Assembly: GCA_963705255.1 (NCBI GenBank)
Contig: OY970061.1
Coordinates: forward strand, 896,001-960,000
Source of the DNA: an uncultured Methanoregulaceae archaeon
GTDB taxonomy: Archaea > Halobacteriota > Methanomicrobia > Methanomicrobiales > Methanospirillaceae
Direction of reading: 5' to 3'
DNA length: 64,000 nt
Part shown: piece by piece, positions 58,496-64,000 of the stretch
Layout: every line of letters begins with the position of its first letter
How positions within the stretch are numbered: the first letter of the stretch is position 1
Notes under the pieces: model-generated
Databases searched by the model: none
Told to the model about the DNA's origin: nothing
What the model saw: only the letters and a program-made list of their open reading frames with translations
Made by a program: the position numbers and the translations under genes

Positions 58496-59368
58496 AAGAT
58501 ATATTTTAAAAATATTCTAGTTAATGATTTCGTCAATAAACTACAGGTATCACAGCTGATAGTACCTCTCATAAAAAGTCATGGGTTTCGCTTTCTCACG
58601 TATCCGAAAAGACTGCATTTTGGCATTTTTAATACAATCATACTGTTTCTGGGATATAACGGCACCGTAGTACACTTAAGGCAAGGGGTGCCTGCTCACG
58701 TAGCTGACACGGAGGGAGATATGGTCAGAAATCATTGGAATGAGTAATCCTGTGTGATTAAGGAGGTGCGCGATTGCCGGATTAAAGTTTTACTCGTGAT
58801 CTCTGAAAAATGATGGCACGGGTAACAGGAAGCAAAGATCTCCGTAACCGGATATTCCGGACTTCCCTCAGCCTCTATATATTCACTGCCATCGTTCACG
58901 GCGAAACAGAATCCGTACAGGGCTCCGTTTCCCTCCGGAAAACCCGTGGACAGTGAGACAACAGTCCCTTGTCCGCTACAGGAAAAAATTTATGATTTGT
59001 AAAATTACGCGGATTTAAGGGAACTATATTTTCCCATTACTTGTGTTCTGGAAAAGCACCATTTCTCATATACCTGATACACAGAATCGGCCCGCAGGAT
59101 GTGATGAAGAGTCTTTTGAAGGAAGGTTCGGATATCCCCCGAAGATAAAGGTAGGTGCAAGCACCTGCCCTTCAGCAGATAGCCGCAAAACGCATGCATA
59201 TAGAAAAGACCTTACCCCACCTGAATTCCAAAGAGAGGATGATTGAAGAAAATTTTCAGAGATACACCGGTATAAACAGAAACCCTGTCGGTAGATCAGA
59301 ATGGTCAATACGATATATCCATAAGACCGGGAAATTGCCCGAAGAGTTTCCCACCAGCCAACAATTTC

Positions 59369-60344
59369 TCAGCAATGATCCCCAGTCCCATGCGGCTTGC
59401 CGGCTTCTGCACGATGCGCTTCGTACCATGCGATCGTCCGCTTCAGGCCTTCCTTAAAGGGGATCTGCGCTTCAAACCCGAACTCCTGCCGCGCACGGTC
59501 TCACATCCAGGCACCGTTTGGGCTGGCCGTCGGGTTTTGAAGTGTCCCAGTAAACCGTCCCAGTATAGCTGGTTAACTCCTGGATGAGGGAAACCAGATC
59601 CCGGATCGTAATCTCCCCGCCCGATCCAAGATTTACCGGCTCTGATTTGGTATACCGCTCCGCTGCAAGAACAAGTCCGCGGGCGGCGTCATCGACATAT
59701 AAAAATTCCCGCGAAGCAGCGCCCGTCCCCCATACCTCGACCGAGGACTTGTTGTTGTGTTTTGCATCGATGAATTTTTTTATAAGTGCGGGGATGACAT
59801 GCGAGCTGGCCGGATCAAAATTGTCGCCGGGGCCGTACAGGTTGACCGGCAGAAGATAGATGGAATCGAACCCGTACTGCTGCCGGTATGCCTGCGACTG
59901 GACCAGCAGCATCTTTTTTGCAAGTCCGTAGGGGGCATTGGTCTCTTCCGGATAGCCATTCCAGAGGTTTTCTTCCTTAAAAGGGACCGGGGTATACTTG
60001 GGGTACGCACAGATGGTCCCGACAATAACGCACTTCTCCACATTCTCCTGCCGTGCCGCCTCTATCATCTGGATGCCCATGATCGCGTTATCGTAGAAGA
60101 GCTGGGCCGGGAAGGCCTGGTTGTACCCGATCCCGCCGACCCGTGCAGCAAGGTGGATGACAATATCGGAATCCCGGACCACCTTCACGCAGTTCTCCCA
60201 GATCCGCAGGTCAATCTCATGGCTGCGGGGGATGGCAATATCACCTTTTTGAACTCCTTTCTGCAGCAACTCTTTGACAACCCGGGAGCCAAAGAATCCT
60301 GCCCCACCGGTAATGAGAATTTTTTTATCGGACAAGGATGTCAT
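59369..60344 (-). CDS. fcl: GDP-L-fucose synthase (frameshift near 59492)
   Basis: [26 protein letters not shown]...SHVIPAL, WGTG...REF, KPDG; corrected C-terminus ...[10 protein letters not shown]. Confidence 0.94.
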
Positions 60345-60470
60345 GGAATCACCTGCAGGAGTTTACATTTTGTGAGAAGTTCCTGCAAACCCACACGTTA
60401 CGTGTAATTGTTAAAAATATGCTTTTCGGTCCTTTTAATGACCGCGGCTTTTTTTGGAAAAGATTCACTA

Positions 60471-61517
60471 TCAGTCGCACTTCCACCACCGGTGCGGGAA
60501 CTTTGTCCTGACAATCCCGTCGCCTTTGCCAATCGGTTCCAGTCCCGCTGCTTTCATATCCGCATCCACCATGATCTTCACGAGATCTACAAATTTAATT
60601 GTCGGCTTCCAGCCAAGAATCTGCGCAGACTTTTTCGCATCAGCAATGAGCACCTCCACTTCGGTCGGCCGGAAATATCGCGGATCGATCCGCACGTGTT
60701 CTTCAACGTCAAGCCCCGCATAATTAAACGATTCGTGCAGGAACTCGCGAACGGAATGTGTCTCACCGGTACCGATCACAAAATCATCCGCTTTTTCCTG
60801 CTGGACGATCCGCCACATGCACTCGACGTACTCCGGGGCAAATCCCCAGTCCCGCTTTGCGTCAAGATTTCCCAAGTAGAGATATTTCTCCTTTCCTGCA
60901 AGAACCCGGGCAATTGCCCGGGTGATCTTGCGGGTGACAAAAGTCTCTCCTCTGCGCGGAGACTCGTGGTTGAAAAGGATTCCATTGGCGGCAAAGAGAT
61001 TATACCCCTCCCGGTAATTCCGGGTCATCCAGTAGGAATAGACCTTTGCGCAGGCATAGGGGCTGCGTGGGTGGAATGTTGTCGACTCGTGCTGGGGCGG
61101 AACGGCAGCGCCGAACATCTCACTTGATGATGCCTGGTAAAACTTTACGTGGTTGTTGCTCCGACGGATTGCCTCCAGCAACCGGGTCGTGCCAAGGGCA
61201 GTGACATTACCGGTATACTCCGGAGTATCGAAACTGACCCGGACATGGCTCTGCGCACCCAGATGGTAGACTTCATCCGGGCGGATATTGTACATTATGT
61301 TTGCGATCTGTTCGGAATCTGAGAGATCGCCGTAATGAAGAAAGAGACGGGCATCAGGATCATGCGGATCGACATAAATGGAATCGATCCGGCTTGTATT
61401 AAAGGTGGATGACCGCCGCACCAGCCCGTGGACTTCGTATCCTTTCGATAGCAGCAGTTCGGCAAGATACGACCCGTCCTGACCAGTGATACCGGTGATG
61501 AAGGCTTTTTTTGTCAT
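60471..61517 (-). CDS. gmd: GDP-mannose 4,6-dehydratase
   Basis: [44 protein letters not shown]. Confidence 0.97.
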   Translation of the reverse strand: MTKKAFITGITGQDGSYLAELLLSKGYEVHGLVRRSSTFNTSRIDSIYVDPHDPDARLFLHYGDLSDSEQIANIMYNIRPDEVYHLGAQSHVRVSFDTPEYTGNVTALGTTRLLEAIRRSNNHVKFYQASSSEMFGAAVPPQHESTTFHPRSPYACAKVYSYWMTRNYREGYNLFAANGILFNHESPRRGETFVTRKITRAIARVLAGKEKYLYLGNLDAKRDWGFAPEYVECMWRIVQQEKADDFVIGTGETHSVREFLHESFNYAGLDVEEHVRIDPRYFRPTEVEVLIADAKKSAQILGWKPTIKFVDLVKIMVDADMKAAGLEPIGKGDGIVRTKFPHRWWKCD

Positions 61518-61736
61518 AATGCATCAAGTATAACTACATATAAAATCCGCAAAAATTTCAAAGTATTGGATACTTGTGCAGGAAAACCGGAAAATCAAAG
61601 CGGGATCGTTCATGGCGGAAAGATCTCAAAGAAAAAGCCTCATCCGGTGGTTGACCTTTTTGTTCAAACCCCTTCGACGATAAAATCCCAATTATTTTAT
61701 GATTATTGCTTATACCTGAAAGAATAATGGAAAAAA

Positions 61737-62349
61737 TTAATAGAGGACATTTACTCCAATTATAGCGCCAGGAGCGGTTCGTGAAATACTGAATGCTGCG
61801 CCAGCTGACGGCTTGATTTCAATGGTAAACACATCGTTTGCGATAATTGGATTGGTCGGTTTGCAACTGATGGAGAACTGCTCGTTTGGTCTGGAGCAGC
61901 GGTGAGGCGGTACTAGCATCACCGTTCGGCGCGTTCTGAATCCCTGTGATTGCCCACCCACCAGTAGCGGGTTGTTGTATCGTTGCAGAACTCATATCTG
62001 GTTGCGACAACGTTTCCAAAGTGGTTGCATTACTATAGGATATAGCCACCTTTGAGAAGTCGATCGCTGTTCCCCCGGGAGCTAATCCCATGCTGAAGTT
62101 AACATACGTAATAGTGTTACCGACAGCACCGGTGCCAGAGCCTGTACCATATACGTTTCCAACGATTTCCAAGGTCGAACTTGTCTGTTCAACACTGGTG
62201 TGCACGGTCTGCTGTGCCTTCTGGGTAGTGAAGAACCCGGCACCCAACACTACATAGGCGAACACCGCCGCAACGACGACGAATGCGACCAGCACAATCG
62301 CTGCCTCAAGGCCGGTGAATCCCCGGTCATCTGATCTGAACAAATTCAT
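61737..62349 (-). CDS. flaB: Archaellin (archaeal flagellin; frameshift near 61890)
   Basis: Class III signal MNLFRSDDRG|FTGLEAAIVLVAFVVVAAVF; C-terminal FTIEIKP..GA...I.RT.P in the second frame. Confidence 0.93.
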
Positions 62350-62439
62350 CAATTCACCTTTTAAATTCATGTCATGCCATATAACAGATTGTTCGGACTT
62401 TTTCTCTATTTCTCTATGTATGTCAGTCTTTGTCAAAAA

Positions 62440-62482
62440 AACGTTTAAAACTTTCCTTATATTTTGAATACTTTCCTTATAT
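62440..62482 (-). promoter_or_regulatory. Putative archaellin promoter with 13-bp direct repeat
   Basis: ACTTTCCTTATAT at 62450-62462 and 62470-62482; minus strand reads AAGGAAAG-TTTTAAA (BRE/TATA-like). Confidence 0.5.
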
Positions 62483-62801
62483 AATTATTATTTGTGATTC
62501 TTTAAATTAATATATAATAATGGTATTTAAATTAGGAGGCGTCAGGGTCTTTGGTGCTGACAAGATGCGGTTCAAGTCTGCCGTATTTTAAAACAGAGTG
62601 GTATTTAGGCATATTTTCCACAGGAATAGAAAAAGGAAGATTTGCAGGGTTTTCCGGCAATGACTACAATATCAGGGGGTGAGAAGGAGTCCCGCTATGC
62701 CCCTCGGTTGGTCGATCTTCTACCAATCGAACAATTTTATTCCCTAATCGAAAAAAAACAGATTTTTGCCGCAAGTCTCTTTCAAATCCCGTGCAACAGT
62801 A

Positions 62802-62874
62802 AGCCTCAGCCGTGATTTGAACACGGGACCTGCTGATTACAAGTCAGCCGCTCTGCCAACTAAGCCACTGAGGC
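62802..62874 (-). tRNA. trnT: tRNA-Thr(TGT)
   Basis: Reverse complement GCCTCAG TG GCTT AGTTGGCA GAGC G GCTGA CTTGTAA TCAGC AGGTC CCGTG TTCAAAT CACGG CTGAGGC T folds as a cloverleaf. Confidence 0.97.
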
Positions 62875-63058
62875 GCCATATACCATAGATTTTTTATGAT
62901 AAAAAAGATGGTGCTCGCCAAAAGGATAACGGGATACGACACATTGCAGAGAGATTGGACTCCCTGAACCATTATGTGATGTTTAGGTTGATGCACCAGT
63001 AAAAATGAAGAATTTGGGGAAACACATTATACCGACCAGCACGTAAAATCCTCTAGAG

Positions 63059-64000
63059 ATGGCACAGCTCACCGTGGATATCGGAGGAAGCCCGGGGATC
63101 AACTGCCGCGGTTTCTGCGAATACTGTTATTTCAAAAAAGTCCGGGGAGTCCAGCCCCTCGGGTGCCGGTATTGCCTTCCGTTCAAGAAAGGCTGTGACT
63201 ACTGCACCCGGGGTGTCAAGGAAGAATACGCCGGGTTCAAGGACCTCAGGACCATCGCGGACGAGACGCTCGCAAATCTTCAGTCAAAGCAGGGAGAGAT
63301 CGAGCGGATCACGATCAGCGGCGGGGGCGATCCCAGCTGTTACCCGCAGTTCAATGATCTCATCGAGCTGCTCGGCAGCACTGAAGCCCCGCTCCATATC
63401 GGGTACACGAGCGGGAAGGGCTGGGACGATCCCGCGATTGCCGACCTCCTGATCGAGAACGGGCTCACGGAGATCTCCTTCACGGTCTTTGCAACCGATC
63501 TGAAACTCCGGAAGAAGTACATGCACGATCCGACCCCCGAAGCCTCGCTTGCGATCCTCGAACGGCTCTGCGGTGCAGCGGATGTCTATGCAGCAGCGGT
63601 CGTCCTCCCCGGGGTCAATGATGGCAAAGTACTGGAGGAGACCTGCAGGTGGCTCCAGGACCAGGGGGCAAAGGGCCTGATCCTGATGCGGTTTGCGAAC
63701 AACGCCGACCAGGGGCTCATCCTCGGGAACGGCCCGGTCATGAGTAAACAGAAAGTCCAGAGCGTCGAGTCGTTCCGTGACATGATCACGGACCTCAGCA
63801 AAAAGTTCACCATGAAAATATCCGGCACGCCGCTCTGGGACCCGGAGATCGGCTCGCCGTTTGCGATCCTCGATAAGCCGGACCTGCTCGTAAAACTCCC
63901 CAGGGTCACAAAAAGGGCAAGCGTAATCAGCGGAAGTATTGCAACACCCTCTATCGAAAAAATTTTACGTTCCTGTGGTTCGGAAGTTCCGGTCACAGCA
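63059..64000 (+). CDS. mmp10: Methyl-coenzyme M reductase arginine methyltransferase Mmp10 (radical SAM; runs off the window edge)
   Basis: Not in the ORF track. Manual translation MAQLTVDIGGSPGINCRGFCEYCYFKKV...GCRYCLPFKKGCDYCTRGVKE...ISGGGDPSCY...IGYTSGKG...LMRFAN..DQGLILGN. Confidence 0.93.
   Translation, partial: MAQLTVDIGGSPGINCRGFCEYCYFKKVRGVQPLGCRYCLPFKKGCDYCTRGVKEEYAGFKDLRTIADETLANLQSKQGEIERITISGGGDPSCYPQFNDLIELLGSTEAPLHIGYTSGKGWDDPAIADLLIENGLTEISFTVFATDLKLRKKYMHDPTPEASLAILERLCGAADVYAAAVVLPGVNDGKVLEETCRWLQDQGAKGLILMRFANNADQGLILGNGPVMSKQKVQSVESFRDMITDLSKKFTMKISGTPLWDPEIGSPFAILDKPDLLVKLPRVTKRASVISGSIATPSIEKILRSCGSEVPVTA

Noticed and set aside
62415-62420. EarA-type TACATA site for the archaellin gene
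   Set aside because: Single 6-mer, located downstream of the putative TATA box; expected by chance.
62567-62793. T-arm-like fragments (GCGGTTCAAGTCTGC, TTCAAATCCCG) as att sites or a tRNA remnant
   Set aside because: On the opposite strand to tRNA-Thr, no cloverleaf, no matching repeat seen at the other island end, and no integrase.

Overview
Archaeal methanogen chromosome segment, most likely Methanomicrobiales (Methanoregula-like); this assignment is inferred from mfnB, mmp10, topoisomerase VI, an archaellin and the gene style. The left ~34 kb is mostly housekeeping: amtB-glnK plus a second P-II, a PAS kinase/receiver pair, tRNA-Phe, metG, guaB, mfnB, tmk, valS, ychF, nadM, larB, hisS and top6B/A. 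It also holds an IS903-type MITE and a 1-kb non-coding stretch rich in hairpins and origin-like motifs. The right ~28 kb (34.3-62.4 kb) is a visibly more AT-rich surface-glycosylation island that ends at a stand-alone archaellin and tRNA-Thr, followed by mmp10. The island's most striking part is a bacterial-type, ACP-dependent acyl-building operon, unexpected in an archaeon: deacetylase, two LpxD-like acyltransferases, AcpS, ACP, adenylation enzyme, LuxE, LuxC, two FabG-like SDRs and a split transketolase. It sits next to GDP-fucose synthesis, a GT11 fucosyltransferase, WecB, a flippase and several glycosyltransferases. About 20 genes, including essential ones, carry single-base frameshifts, best explained as uncorrected sequencing errors. 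Coordinates of such genes are given across the break. All family assignments come from motif recognition by eye, not from database searches.
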